Shown here: piece after piece, positions 50,393 to 64,000 of the stretch
How the letters are laid out: each line of letters starts with the position of its first letter
Numbering within the stretch: the first letter of the stretch is position 1
Source: Marsupella aquatica
Lineage: Eukaryota; Plantae; Marchantiophyta
NCBI GenBank assembly: GCA_973895155.1
Contig: OZ316892.1
Span: 9,900,283 to 9,964,282, forward strand
Length of the DNA: 64,000 nt
Reading direction: 5' to 3'
Translations under genes and position numbers: made by a program
The notes under the pieces: model-generated
Databases searched by the model: none
Seen by the model: the letters and a program-made list of their open reading frames with translations, nothing else
Told to the model about the DNA's origin: nothing

Positions 50393-52369
50393 CAGTCCTC
50401 CTTGGCACTGTTTTGCCAGGACTTTGAGAGCCCACAGTTGCCAGGGGGAATCGAGATTCGCGACCCTGGCTGCCACTCTGTTTGACCACGTGATTCAATG
50501 AACTACAGACTGTAGCCAGAAGAGGCTGATGACAATGCGGGAACGATTTTGGCCCAAACAAACATATTATTACCAGGCCCGTGACCAAATACGTTTGTCA
50601 CAAAAGCTGTTGCAAATGCCCTCTTTACTATTGTATACTGTATTAATAGTATGGGCAAAATAGCAGTCATAGTGTTGTTGCATTCTTGGAGTCATTGTGG
50701 CAACATCTGATTAATGCAACCATGCTGTCATTGCGACCATGTTTGTGGGAGTGCAGTTTAGTGTGCGGTATGGAATTTGCAAAATTTTGTTTTGTGTCAG
50801 TTAGGGCGGACATCAGGTGGGTGGATCCGGTCTCTTTCTTTAGAACAAGGTTCTAAGGCTTTCCTTTGCTGGGGTTGAGCCTACCATAAGCATGAGTGGC
50901 AAGTGGCTATTGGCGAGCCTTAATACACCACCACCCCCCTTTGGCACCCCTCAGGCCCCCTCCCCATTTGCTCAATCGACTTCTTCCCTGGGAAAACATT
51001 TGAATCAGCATTCAGTGCCTTCTGGCGTGTCAAAAGGATGGGGCAAAAAATGCAAGTTTTCCTGCGTTTTTGTGAGTAAAAAACAAGAGTCAGAAACACT
51101 CATGCTTTTGTGAGGAGAGTGTTGAGAAAAAATGGCATGTTTTCGCTCCTCCTGGGCCTGCGATGGTGCCCTACAACGGGGAAGGGGGGCCCAGGGGGTT
51201 GCAGCGCCGGGTATATAGCAACTCCCCACATGGCAGCAGGAACCCGGTGATGAGTTAATACTAACCTGTATATAAAATGGGGGCGGGTTGATAAATAATT
51301 CTGTTTGGGGGGCACGTTAGTAAGTAATCGGGAAGTTTGAAGAATAGGTTACTTAGTAAAAGTTGTTAATATCCTATAACCTTCATCTCTAGCTTTGCAA
51401 TGGGTCCACTAGTGTTAGGAGACCACCCAGGTGTGTCACGTACACTGCAAATGTGGGAATGCTCAACTCGTGATTGTGGGTCCTTAAGGCATAGCCAAAG
51501 TAATGTCTTTCAAGGTCACCTCTCCTTAGGGTGACTTGGGCTTTGAAGCCAATCAACCCCACTTCTTACCCACTTGGATTGCTAACCTCGAGTTTTTTTG
51601 TAAGTCATGGGTTCACTACTCCGTGAGCAAATTGCAGCTAGTGGATCATCAACATTATCGAACTCAGGTTATTGATGGCCAGGTGAGGGTGTTCCCTCAT
51701 ATGTACTTGTGGGGACCTACCCCGGGGTACGTCTTCACTTCTTTTCTTCCCACCCCTCACGCACAAATGGGTTTTTTTATTGGGTTTAGTGGAAGATTCT
51801 TGAATTTTAGTGGAAGAAAGTAGGGGTGTTTCAATCCAAATTTCAAAATTAGAAGAATTGTAGATTTTATTTTTTTTAACCAAAATCCAATAATATTCCC
51901 AGAATATTTCATGAAGTTAGGGGTAGGAAAATACAACGCGATGTATATTTAGAGTATTTATTTCTCAAAAACATCATGTGATGCATGGGACAATTTTTGG
52001 TTTGTTTAATGACTAATTCTTGGTAACAGGCGGGTAACAGGAGAGAACAATAAAAAGATTTCTTTATACCAACAAAACATTATTCATGCTAACAACATTT
52101 TTTGCTGTTTGCTATCACTGTGGTTATATTTACCCAGTTTGAGGGATGGTTTGGGGCCAAAAGTTATCCCAAAAGCGGGCCCAAAAGTTATGCCCTTCTT
52201 AAGTCTAGTGAGTACCCAATCACCATTACTCAACCCGCGAACTGGTGTATGAGGCTCATTCTCCCACCTATCCTCCTTTGGTACCCCTCCGCCAACTGCC
52301 TCTGAGAGAATTGGTAACCCCCCCCCGACCCATGGCCTTCGACAAGAAATGAGCTTGTGCTTGCTCTAG

Positions 52370-55200
52370 GACATTAATGTACAGACGGCGAAGAGAAGCT
52401 TGAGAGCCGGCGCCGTGCAAGTGCAACAGGCAGAGGAGCGGCAGGTGCCATCAATTTCCTTGGTGGACTATGAACTGAAAATCCGGAGCTTGCACTCGAC
52501 TTGGTGGTGGGCAGACTGGCCCACTGTTGCAGAATGCTCCTTGGGGATTCCTCCTCGTAATATTTGTACTTTGAATTCTCGCTGTTATCGTAAAGGTCAG
52601 CATCGCTCCTGTTGCAATGATCCCCAACCCCCTAAGCACTTCAGGGCTTTTGTGTAAGGCCAGCCTATGCTTCCCATCCCCTGAGGATGAACGCACGTTG
52701 GTCAATTGCTGAATCGGTGATACACCCCTTGCATTAGGACTGGACGTCAACCTCCTTGGTGTGTGCCATGGTGCCTTCATTTTTGCCCTCGTAGTCGACT
52801 GTGGACTGCCTTGAAACTGGTATTGTCGATGGGGGGAAATTTTATCGTGTTTACCCACTTTGTGAATCCTTGACCAAGGTGTCCTGCCTCAACCTCTTTG
52901 GTGATGAGGGTCATGGCGGCAGGATCCAAGGAGACGAGTTTCTCCTTCACGTAGGCAACCTCTGGAGCAGCTGCATGAATGAATGGGACCGATGTCAAAT
53001 GAGAGTCAGCTGAAATCGATTGATACATGTCTGACACGCAATTGAGAGAAATGTTTAATCAGATCCAGACCACGGGAACAATCACAAATGTTCTCCGAGA
53101 ACGGATCCATGAGAAATGTAATCCTCGTAGAAAATTAATTACATGACCTCTGAGACTGTGGAATTGGTACAAGGGGAACTTTAACTCTCTCGGATGACCA
53201 TGTCAGTCTGATCAAGTAAAGAAGAACCACAAAACCATTGAGCTTTGTTCCTATTTTCGTTGAAATTGAATATTGATACTCTCGTCTCCGGTTGAGGTTG
53301 GAAATGAGCAAAGACAGAGGCACAGACAGAATCTATGGGTTCAGCTGACAACTTACCAGAGCCAAGCTTAATGAGAAAAATTGCACCCACCGCATCTGAC
53401 TGGTAAGGGGCAATCAACCTGCTCCACGCTGCTGACTGGTAAGGGGCAATTTTGGACACAATCAGTGGGGCATAGTCGTGGAACTTGAGTACCTTAACAC
53501 TTAGCTACGGCGTCGCTAACTCCGACGCCGAGTTCCCTTATGGTCCAGGCCTGGATAGGCCATCCGGGGAGGACTTAGCATTGGGAGACTTGTGGGCAAT
53601 GGGACGTGGCATTGGCGAAGGCAAGGCGCCAAGCTAGTGACACACACTAAGGACTTAGACTGATGAGAGCTGGTCGGGTCAAGGGGAAAAAGGGTCGGTT
53701 TCAAGGTCGACTCTAGACGGACTTGGAGTTCTTAGGGCTTGAGTGAGAGCTCCTCTTGGGCCCAAGGCCAATGGAGTTGACCCCATAGGCAACGGATGCT
53801 TGGGGCGCGAGTTCGATTTGGGTTGGGCCAATCAGGGGGCCCAAGAGGTGATGAGATCTGAGGGCCTAGGCATGAGCACTGGGCCGGCCCAATCACAACG
53901 GGCTAAGGCACTTCGCTTGCGGACGCCTAACTAGAAAGTTATAGGCATTGTCAGTTGGTGCCGCGCCCAGACATGCGGGTTGGGGTCCAGGTAGGGGGCC
54001 AAAATTTGGGGACCAAAGTTGGTCCGGGGGTGGCAGGTCTCCAAAATCATATATGAGGGGAGTGGTGTCTCACTGGGGGCTAAGGGCGAGCCAAAGTCGC
54101 GAGCCGCGATGGTCACAACACTAAGGGAAAATATCAAACGGAAATGACGATAACTTCCCAACGAGAAGTCCGTTGGGGAACTTCTTGGGTGCGTTGGAAA
54201 GATCTCAAGGAGGGCTACGTCCTCTTGAGCTCAGCTGGGTCTGGGGGCACCATAAGTTCTTGGGGTTTGTGGGTGCTATCTTGCTCGCTTGCCAAATCCT
54301 CCCGAAACAGTAGCCAAGCCGCGTTCAGTCTCTCAAGGGAGCTTGCGTTGGGGAGGCAAGGCCAAGTAGGCGTGGAGGTTGAGTTCCAAGGGCACTTGAC
54401 CCCTAGACCATTAGTGGGGTGAGAACTGGGAGTGAGTTGCTAAAGTCAAGACCATTCTGGTCCCGACATGTTGGGCAAGCTTTAGGACAAACTATGCTAT
54501 TTGGGCCATGAGCATGTCCTGGGGGCAGGGCGGTCAGTCGGTGATGGATAGGTACGAGGGGAACCTGGGCTGCGCCCCAAGGAAGAAGCTATTCTAGACG
54601 AACAGTGGACGTCGGTTCTGGTTTCGGCTTATGGCATCGGGAGGACCTATCATTGACCTACTTACCAATTAATGTATGTTGAGCTTGAGTTAAGAGGGTA
54701 GACTTCTCGGCTAGACTTGGGGAGATCTAGATCTTGAAGGGTTACTTACCGAGATGCTTGGATGCTTGTGCAGACAGTGAAGACCGTTGAGTAGCGGTCG
54801 TGTTAGAGAGCAAGTGCGGCTTCGTATGGGAGGGGCCGTTGGTGGTGCAAGGGGCATCAGGTTGCTTGCTCGATGTATTCTGTGGAGGCATTCGGGCACC
54901 ATGGGCACTTAGGCGTGAGTGTTGGGATTGGTGAGGGCGCTGGGTGGCTAGGTCCACCACTAGCATCCTTCAATGCCTTCCAGACACTGGGGGCAGAGGC
55001 GGGAAAATTAGCTCCAATTGTGAAGGTCGGCATTGTCAGACAATGGAGTGGTCTCTTGCTTCAAAACTACAAATCCGACGAGATTGGATGAGATTTCCAC
55101 AAACAGGGGCAAATTGCAGAGCAATTGATCAATGGAATGCGAGATTGAGCTGTGAATGATGTCTTGTTGCAATGCAAGGGGAGGCGGAGCTATTTATATG
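52370..55200 (-). other. GC-richer, decayed coding-like region of unknown (probably transposon) origin
   Basis: TATAAATA on the minus strand at 55191-55198, followed by Pro/Ser-rich broken frames and protein-like segments such as VPFIHAAAPEVAYVKEKLVSLDPAAMTLITKEVEAGHLGQGFTKWV. No family recognised. Confidence 0.35.
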
Positions 55201-55806
55201 ACCTCCTAGAAACATCCAAAGCTTGAAATTTTTGAAAAATTCTCAACCTGCATGCAGATCCCAACATTTTTTATCAGTGGATGTTGCCAGGTCTTCGTGT
55301 AAATCTGATGCTGCAGCTGACTTTGGTGGGGCCTGTGATCCGAATGGTCTTCTTCAGAGCAAGGGTATACTTGTGAAACGATGTTACAAAAAGTTAACTA
55401 AAGTTCCAAGCACTCATGGCACTTAAACTTTTAAGTTAAGTACTTGAAAAGCTGTCATCGCTAACTATTGCTCGTTGCAGTTTTTAACTATGACATTTAA
55501 CTATGAGTGCAACTTGCGCCTGGTTTTCTTTTTAATTAGCAATATTAGTTAAAAGATAACTTTAGGTGGGAACCCACCCTTAGTATATCACTTTTTGGTT
55601 CATATAAAAATGTAGACCCCTATTTGCCATACACTAGGGGGGTCACTATATGGAGGGCCATACATCACATCCAAAAGGTTTGGGTCATTAATTATGACCC
55701 CCACTAGCTTGGAAAGTGTGAAGTTGCCCAACTTGTTTTGTTTCTTAGTTAATATATAACTTTTTGGTTCAATCATGTAAAAATGTGGACCCTTGTTTGT
55801 TATACA

Positions 55807-56042
55807 CTAGGGGGTCACTATATGGAGGATACATCACTGACATGCAAAAGGTTTGGGTCACTCACTTTACATAAAGTTGTATAACACCAATTACGTGATA
55901 TGTATTTTACAATGAAATATCCTTAGTACTATACATTTTCATCGACAACTTAGTAGGTCGTCCATCAAACCATTTAAAATGGCCTTAATTATACTTTGTC
56001 GCACATGATATGCCGTTTCCATGGAAGTGCCCCACCCCCAAG
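55807..56042 (+). mobile_element. 236-bp diverged CTCGGGG-family MITE, 8-bp TSD GTTATACA
   Basis: Starts CTAGGGGGTCACTATATGGAGG (compare 9182) and ends GTTTCCATGGAAGTGCCCCACCCCCAAG. GTTATACA at 55799-55806 and 56043-56050. The left junction is duplicated at ~55590-55690. Confidence 0.85.
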
Positions 56043-58647
56043 GTTATACAAGAGTTGCATACCTGGGTTTGTGCATATGGGACATTACTAGCTCCCGACA
56101 CATTTAGTAATGTTTCTTTGATTTTGCTACATACTGTGTTTTACCTATTTTCTTTATGGCACTAGTCTCCAATTGTTGTTTGTTATTTGTTGTTTTGTTG
56201 TTTTTTGTCACTGTGGCAATACTGTAGTCATAAGATGAGTCAATGACATTGTTGATCTTAAAGTTAATTATTAATAGTGTCCATCCAAGTACACGTCCAA
56301 GTACTGGTGCTAAAAGTCAAATATGGTGTCATGATCTAACTCCCAAACTTTACAAAGCCATGATATGGAAGTGTCAAGGAAAGTGTAAGAGGTTATATGT
56401 ACATGAGTACCAACAGAACCCAAATCCTTCAGTTGAACAAAATTTGGAGGTTGTGACACAGACAGAATACCAGAGAAATCCATAATTGAAAACCTGCCAT
56501 TGCCAATCAAATGCATCTTTACATGTTATTGCTGGAACATATGAAGTGTATTTGAATGTGCTATGAGAGTGATAGATTTAGACATTTCACTTGAATCCGA
56601 GCTTGAATCTATTAGGGCGTTGCATGTCCATGCGCACATCACATCAAACATTTGCAAATATCCTATCCTTCACTTCGTTGCAATGGGGAGATATGTGTCC
56701 CAAAACATGTTCTTAAAAGAATCCATTTGTACATGGCCTGAATGAACTCAAGGTTCAAACTCAACAAGGGGGACCCGGTGCATAGATTAATTAGTGATGG
56801 GTTCCATAAGATGGCTTGAAGGCATATTAAGACGGTCTTGTTACCTTCTACCAAAACACATGAAAGACTTAGGTAAGGCATCATATTAATTGTGATGGAA
56901 AATGGTCAGAAATAGACATTAGACATGGCCTAATTGAGAGTGGCCTGGTTCTTGGCTCATATAGAATTAAAAATGAAATGTGTAGACTTGCTCTTACCTT
57001 AATATATAACAACCGTCTGTGGCCCCCTATATATCAATATGCCAAAGGGCAAGAAACACCAAATTGGGAGGTAGATCCCAAACGCCTCAGGAGACCCTAT
57101 GTCCCCTTATAATCTACATCAAACTCCCCAAGAACCAAATTGCCAACCTGGGAGATAGATTGCCAACCTGGGAGACCAATAAAGAGGAGCAAACACGGGA
57201 ATAACCCAAGGACGGCCATAGAGTCCACACCACAACAAATTAACCAATAAGGGAAGGCCACATAGTCCACACTACAACAAACCAATAAAGAAGAGCAAAC
57301 ACGGGAAAAACCCAAGGACGACCACAGAGTCCACACTACAACAAAACACACTAATGGAATGACCAGTGAAACTGAAAGCCTGGTGAAGCTATGGAGTAAA
57401 CAATGGTGGAGGGGACCACCTTCAACCACTACCAAGACCTGGTACCAAGACTTTACTTCACATAGTACGGCCTGATCCTTGATCCCTCCACGTCCTTAAA
57501 TACATTATAGAGGTTGGCTCCTGTGCATCTGAATAAAGGGTTCCTAAAAAGAAGAATATAATTTATTAGTTCCAAGGTTTATCTCGTTTCGCCCATAGGG
57601 TATATTTTTATTCTTATTATAATGACTGCACGAGCTCTGACCCATGCCTAAGGCACTAATGAAAGGATGAATGATGATTTCCTAGAATGCAGTCATTTTC
57701 TGGCATGTGCTCAGCAAATTCGGCTGCTAAAACTAGGTGAGCATGGGTTGCCAAGGATAGGCTGCAGTGCTTCCGCAAAGGGCTTAGGGTATTCCACAAA
57801 TTTCTTTCGGCAGATTATGGAATGAAGAAATAGAGAAATATTTGCTTGATGTGACCTCAAAATGAAAAGTGTTACTGGATAGGACCCTTCGTGATAGAGA
57901 CAGTTAATTGATAGTGACAAACCTTGAATCAATGTGCCCAAAATTTCAGAGGTCCTATAAAATAACACATTTCATTTTAGGGTCCATCAAACAAAATATC
58001 TCAGAAATGGATGGTGGCCGTATTCCACGGATTTCTGTTGTTAGTTTCTCAATTGAAGAAATGGATGGTGAGATTTATGTGAAGTCCATAACTTTGCGTT
58101 GCACAGAATATCAATATCACTACCTAGACAACATGAATGCACTGTCTGAAGATGTTGATGTGTAGAATGTCATTGCTTAAAAGATATCATTACGCAAATG
58201 AGTCATTAATGAAATGACATTGTTGCACAAAGATGTCATTGCAGAAATGATGTCATTGTGCACTGTAAGTGGGTGCAAAAGATGCCCTCAATGGACGAAG
58301 AAATGTTGTTTCATAAAATGCATGTTGGAGGGATATGCTTCATAGACCCCCTCCTGGAGATAGTTTGCTTGATCAACCCCCTGCAAACATTTTTGCCCCA
58401 ATCGACCCCCTCTTTATGATCCGTACCCTTTGTTCTTCTATAAGTTATTATAGAGTGAGTTTCTGCCTTACAAAGACCAAATTGGGTCACTTGCCACTGT
58501 AGCCATTTCAACCACAAACTATGCTCAGAATCACAGTGACCGAGCATTGTCAAGCCGCAACCGTTCCCGGGCCACAAGCTGAACTGTAGGCGTTGAATGT
58601 TTGCGCCGCTTATACATCGACATTAGGGTTATTCTCATGCGAAGACA

Positions 58648-59272
58648 TTGACATGAATGTCTTCGCTTTATAAACATCAAATGTTCCGCATTTTTTTGAT
58701 ATCCTCCCATTCTGTTTTTCTTGTCCACACTCGAACAGTGACGACTTCTCAGCGCCTTTTCACGACGGGCATGGTTCACATGTACAACTGAAGTGAGGTT
58801 TAAGGAATGGCAGGATATCAAAAACCCTAAATACCCCTTCATATGGAGAGTTTCGATCTATAATTTAATTGGTAATGTCCGATCATGATTCAGTCATGGT
58901 TGATATGAATGTACTCAGCAAAAACCAGGGCTACAAAGTAGTAAGACAATCGTTGACATGAATGTCTTCGCTTTATAAACATCAAATGTTCCGCATTTTT
59001 TTGATATCCTCCCATTCTGTTTTTCTTGTCCACGCTCGAACGGTGACGACTTCTCAGCGGCTTTTCACGAGGCACATGGTTCACATGTACAACTGATCGA
59101 AGTGAGGTTTAAGGAATCATGGGAGGATATCAAAAAAATACCCTAAACCCTAAATACCTCTTCATATGGAGAGTTTCGATCTATAATTTAATTGGTAATG
59201 TCCGATCATGATTCAGTCATGGTTGATATGAATGCACTCAGCAAAAACCAGGGCTATAAAGTAGTAAGACAA
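58648..59272. repeat. ~305-bp tandem duplication
   Basis: TTGACATGAATGTCTTCGCTTTATAAACATC at 58648 and 58953, near-identical to ...AAAGTAGTAAGACAATC. Confidence 0.93.
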
Positions 59273-59480
59273 TCACATGAAAGGGAAACAACCCAAGAGT
59301 AAATAATAACCAGGTCTTACATTACAAAACCAGCCAATGAAATGTTAATAGGGGACCAGTATCTATCACTAATTGCAATTGAATTTAGGTGAGAAGACAA
59401 TGCTAAGTGTGGTGGGAAGATAATGTCCACAATGTCTTCCCAAACAGTGTATTCATACCAACCATGACTGAATCATGATC
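59204..59480. mobile_element. ~277-bp MITE with ~35-bp TIR
   Basis: GATCATGATTCAGTCATGGTTGATATGAATGCACT vs AGTGTATTCATACCAACCATGACTGAATCATGATC. Confidence 0.8.
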
Positions 59481-61507
59481 TCAATTTTTGATCATGATCT
59501 TTGTTGCACACTTGGGTTTCTCACACTCAATTTTACCTTTCTTCCTTGAATTAAGAAGTAGAAAATGGCAGATCCCAAGCAGCTCAAATGCTATTTTTCT
59601 GCATTTCCTTCAATTAGTTATTTCAACAAGATCCCATGCAGCTCAAAAGCCACTTATCAGGTTCTTCAATTCTTAAGAGAAAGCAATCATTGTAAGCAAA
59701 ATGTATACCAAGTCATCAAGAGCAGAAACCAGCAAGGACACGAGATCTGGAGGGCCAGAAAGCAAACTGGACGACAAGGCAAGGTAAACCGCCATGGGAT
59801 ACCCCACATGACCAAGAAGAAATCCTTGGGCTGGGCATGGGTCAAAATAAGCCACCAATGGATATATACCAGGAAAGTCACTTATCCCTTTCAAGCTAAC
59901 CTTTTTTGGGGGCTCTTTACTTTTGTAAACTAGGACTCCACCCTATATGTTATAGTTTTCCAGTTAATGTTTTTGGTGAGATGAAAGAAGGGCTACTGTA
60001 GTTGCTCATGCGCACTTCTTTCTTGGACAAGGGTCCCTTTTCCACCCCCTAGACAAAAGTAGATTGAAAGAGAAAACAAGGCTGCACTTTGACCCAACAA
60101 ATTAATCTTCCAAATAAACAACAGTAGTACAATTCAAAAAATATCTTGGACAGAGCTACTTTTGTGCCAAAAAAGGTACAAAGTCAACAAAGAACACATG
60201 AGAAGCATAAACTTATTACGCAAAATTTGTACAGTCAGCTCAGGAACTGTCAGCTACAGTGGTTAAACACCAATGAGAAGTGCCAAAGGAAAACTCATTT
60301 TCAAAATTTTCTCTTTTTCAGTCTGAATTCTTGTGAACTATAGAATCCCCATCAACAATGACACCCTTTACAATGTCACTCACTCACACTCTTCCTGCTT
60401 CACCGTAAGTTGCAAAAGTCCATTTGGGTGCTGTTTGTGCTTGCCTTGGCCTGCTGGTTCCCCGATCCATGGAATTCTTCTAAAAGAAAATTTATTTCCC
60501 AAAAAGTAAAAAAACCAAAAAATGGATCTTAAAGATCCCAAGGTTCTTTCACAATTTTTTAAAGTCTTCACTTAGAAGCTTTGTCACACATGATGCTCGG
60601 GTTTTCCAAAAGTGAGACTTCTGAGGTTTTGTAGTGAGGATTGAACACAAATTGACAAATTGGGATAGGATTGAACAAAAATTGACAAATTGGGGGGAGG
60701 ATTATTTCAGATATGAAATTGCCGCTGGCTCTTTGCTATAAATTTTTGGACTCATGATCTCCAGTGGTTACTCAACAAAAAGTCTTGGGGTTTCATCTGT
60801 GTTGGAAAACCCTTTCTTACGACACGTTAACTGCCTTTTTTTTATCAAGTATTAGAGGAAACATTGTGGCATTAATCCACTAAAAAAATCACAGATTTTT
60901 CTACTCTGGACAAATTTACAATTTTTTGCCAGCTTCTGATTTCCATTGGATACTCTGTCAGTCACCACAATAGTTTGAAGTCCTTAGATTCTGGTCAGAG
61001 TACCTTTCATCCATCTCAAGGACAGGCCCAGAAATTGACAAATTGTACCTTTACGACTAAAAATCCCAATTTCCAACCATTCATTATTTCCTCCACGACC
61101 ATATGGCTATATCCTTTGCACGAGTACAAAAGTTACGCCAGATTATGGCCCTTACGTTTTTTCGATTTTCTCAACTTGCTCCCTTCTGGAAAAATGTGAC
61201 GTACTGCTTTTTCAAACAGTTCAGCTCAGTTGAAGTTCATGTCTACTGCGCTGTGCCAAAATATCGTAACAAGATATGGTCTCCTGATACATCCCCATCC
61301 TATTTAGTTCATCAAGATTGGTATGGATAGATAATGTCCAGGTTCGATTTCCTATAATTTCTGGCTCCCGTGGTCAAGTCTAAGGTCAATTGACCTGGAA
61401 AGGATATAAATCAAACGGTTTGTACAGACAGAAGATGGTCTCCAATGAAAATTACTCGAGCTGGTTCAACACCAATCTTTAATGAACTCAAAACTGCGTG
61501 TAAAGAC

Positions 61508-61784
61508 CTCGGGGATCTCAATCCAAAGGATGTTTCATATCAAGTTCGAAATTTTGGGAGAATAAACATACTGAAAATTAAGTTAATAAAGTTTATTTTA
61601 GTAATTATTTTACCCTTAACTTAATTTAATTTAAAAAACTCTATGATTTTTATAATATTCAAAATTGAATTAAAACAACACTAATGTTCTTCAAACAAAA
61701 ATTTAAAAACATTTCACTAAATACAATAAAAAAAACCCTATACATATTCTGGCGTGATGGGTCAAAAGAAATGAGGACCCGGAG
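61508..61784. mobile_element. 277-bp old CTCGGGG-family MITE
   Basis: CTCGGGGATCTCA...TGAGGACCCGGAG with imperfect 8-bp flanks GTAAAGAC/GGAAGGAC. Paralogous GDSL flanks (~44136, ~47347) have a single GTAATGAC and no insert. Confidence 0.8.
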
Positions 61785-61949
61785 GGAAGGACACTCTTGC
61801 CACAACTCTAACAAGGCCCTTTGTGCATAATAAAACAAACCTCTTGGAACTGTCATCAAGCCTAGCCAGCCGCGAGGAGAGGCAATTGGACTGTGAAACC
61901 TGTAGTTATTGAGAAGCCTACTAGAGAGAATATTCAGACCTCCTTTTGT

Positions 61950-63981
61950 TCAAGATGAAACCAGAGTTCTAAGGTTTACAGGTTTAACAAACGACGAGTC
62001 TCCACTCCAGAAGTTTTTAGCGAGAATCTCATAAGCTTTGTCTGTGGGATGATAAAAATCCCAGAAAACATGCTTCTCAACATCATCACACAAGTTTGTT
62101 GGCGGGTTTGTGACGAGATCTGCCGGCCGCCCACATTGCACTGCTGCATTGTAAAGTCCTGAACCGCAGCAAGCTGTCAAACCAGCAGTAAATCCTGTAA
62201 CAAGTCCACAAGGAATGTTCAGTCACCAAATTTTCCATCTGAATTAGCTCCAACCCCACAAATGAGACCCTACATTCCACCTCAGTATTGGGAAGCGTAA
62301 TTCACTTCCTCTCATCTCTTATTACCAAAATCTGGATATGTTGCGCGGCTAACTATGCGTAGACTCATATCGATGTCTCGAGTGGTGGATACAAAGGAAA
62401 ATTTGAGTGAAAGTTCTCACCATATTTTTCTCCATTGGTTATAAAATCCTGAGATTGGCTGTAAGGTGTTCCCACGATAGCTTTTATATCTGGAAAGCTC
62501 TCATCTAAGCTATTAACAAATTGCTCCAGTGCAGCATTATATGCTTGACCAACAGCACTCCAAGATTCGACACATTGTCCATTTGTGATTCCTGCAGCTG
62601 CCAATGCACCCGGAACACAGCCGAGGGCTCCCGCACCTAAAAACATAACCTTGTGAGCTCCAGCTCCATAAAGAACCTGCAATTGAAAAACGGTAAAGAA
62701 TTTAGGGTAACGCTCTCTAGTCATCCTCACATCAAGTGCAATACTCCTGGTAAGCATATCATGATTCGACATCGAGCAAATCAATGTTGTCCAACATAAG
62801 ATTAAATTCTCAATCAATATTCGGACGGTTGGATCCAGATTACTGCTCATAAGAATCCGGTCTATCTTTAATGACCATTCAATGGGCGACAAAAAGCAAG
62901 GAAGATCTTAATTCCAAGGCCTTCAAGAGATCAAACAGCAGATGTCTATCCAGACCACGAGTCCTACCTCAACGGAAGCGTTCAATATCACCAATAAATC
63001 ATTGATGAACACCTCCTGTGGAACTGATTGATTGAAAATATAGCCGAAAAGATCATTGGATCCAATATTGATGAGAAATAGTGATTTCGAAAAGAGCTCC
63101 TTCGCTGCTTCTTTGCTTTTCAACGTCTCCTCGATCTGGATTTTCGTCTGAGCGAACTGGAGGATCTGATCAGGAAAGGGTATCACCTTCTGAAAGAAGC
63201 AAATCACCACATCTTTTAGAAAATCATCTCTGGCTAATTCAATTAGCAGAAGAACGGAAAGATAGCTTGATGTCACTGCCAGCTTGCACAAAGATCTAGA
63301 GAACTTTAGAATCCAGGCAAAATGTGAATCACCTACACTTTCTGCATTGCTGGTGCGAAGGAGGCCGCTGCCCGCAGAAGCATAATTCACTCCCGTGATG
63401 ACACTCCATTTACCCTTCCCTTTTAGATAGGGCTCGATGAGATCCAGCCCCATGTACGTTGCTGAAAAGGGAGAATAGCATCCATCAGTACCTGAGAACC
63501 GTGCTTCGAGGCCCAACACGATGTGAACAGCTAACACTGAATTTCCTAAACTTGTGTCGACCAGAGGAGGTGGGTAAATCGGCTTTATGATGGTTAGTTT
63601 AGTACTTCAAATCAAAACAAACTGAATCCCGACCATCATACTACTTCATATGAATTCTCCTTTAGACGAGTGGTACAAATACATACCAAAGAAATCGGCG
63701 TAAGTCCGCCCATTGGTGAAGCGTCCAGTGGCCTTGCCAAAGTACTCCGTGCCATAAGGCTTGAAGTTAGCTCGCAGCAAACTGGGAAAGAAGTTGTTCG
63801 TGCCAGCATCGAGCACCGAATCACCAAACACAAACATTGCTGGTACCGCTGGATTCGAGCCTGGAGCCTGTTCCACCGCATCTCCGACGATCAACTCCCT
63901 ACCGTGCTCTGTGCCCGAGCTGAAAGCGACCAGCAGCAGCAGCAGCAGTGACAGCTGCAGGAGATGCTTCCCAATTCCCAT
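61950..63981 (-). CDS. GDSL esterase/lipase, 380 aa; exons 63981-63687, 63461-63337, 63189-62968, 62676-62421, 62194-61950
   Basis: Close paralog of 47505-49943 with the same motifs and intron phases. 1143 nt in frame. Confidence 0.96.
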
Positions 63982-64000
63982 TTCGGAGGGGTTATCGTCC

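Noticed and set aside
51715-51990. Sixth CTCGGGG-family MITE
   Set aside because: Only vague similarity (CCCGGGG start, AT-rich interior). No right end or TSD is identifiable.

Overview
Eukaryotic, intron-containing land-plant DNA, probably from a non-seed plant because it carries an Iota-class GST (inference). Host genes: an intact 4-exon sugar transport protein (STP, +), a multi-exon FAN1 nuclease (-), an Iota-class-like glutathione transferase with a CPYS motif (+), a disabled uroporphyrinogen-III synthase (UROS/HEMD) copy (-), and a tandem GDSL esterase/lipase cluster (two intact genes and one relic, all -). The first 15 kb is a deeply nested transposon stack. A 278-bp satellite is interrupted by a non-autonomous Helitron with a non-canonical CTCG 3' end. 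That element contains a small element with terminal direct repeats, which contains an 8.6-kb decayed autonomous Helitron (RepHel). The RepHel is in turn hit twice by near-identical 328/329-bp MITEs. These MITEs belong to a family seen five times in the window, with 5'-CTCGGGG...CCCCGAG-3' type ends and 8-bp target-site duplications, which I cannot assign to a standard superfamily. All alignments were done by eye; no database searches were run.
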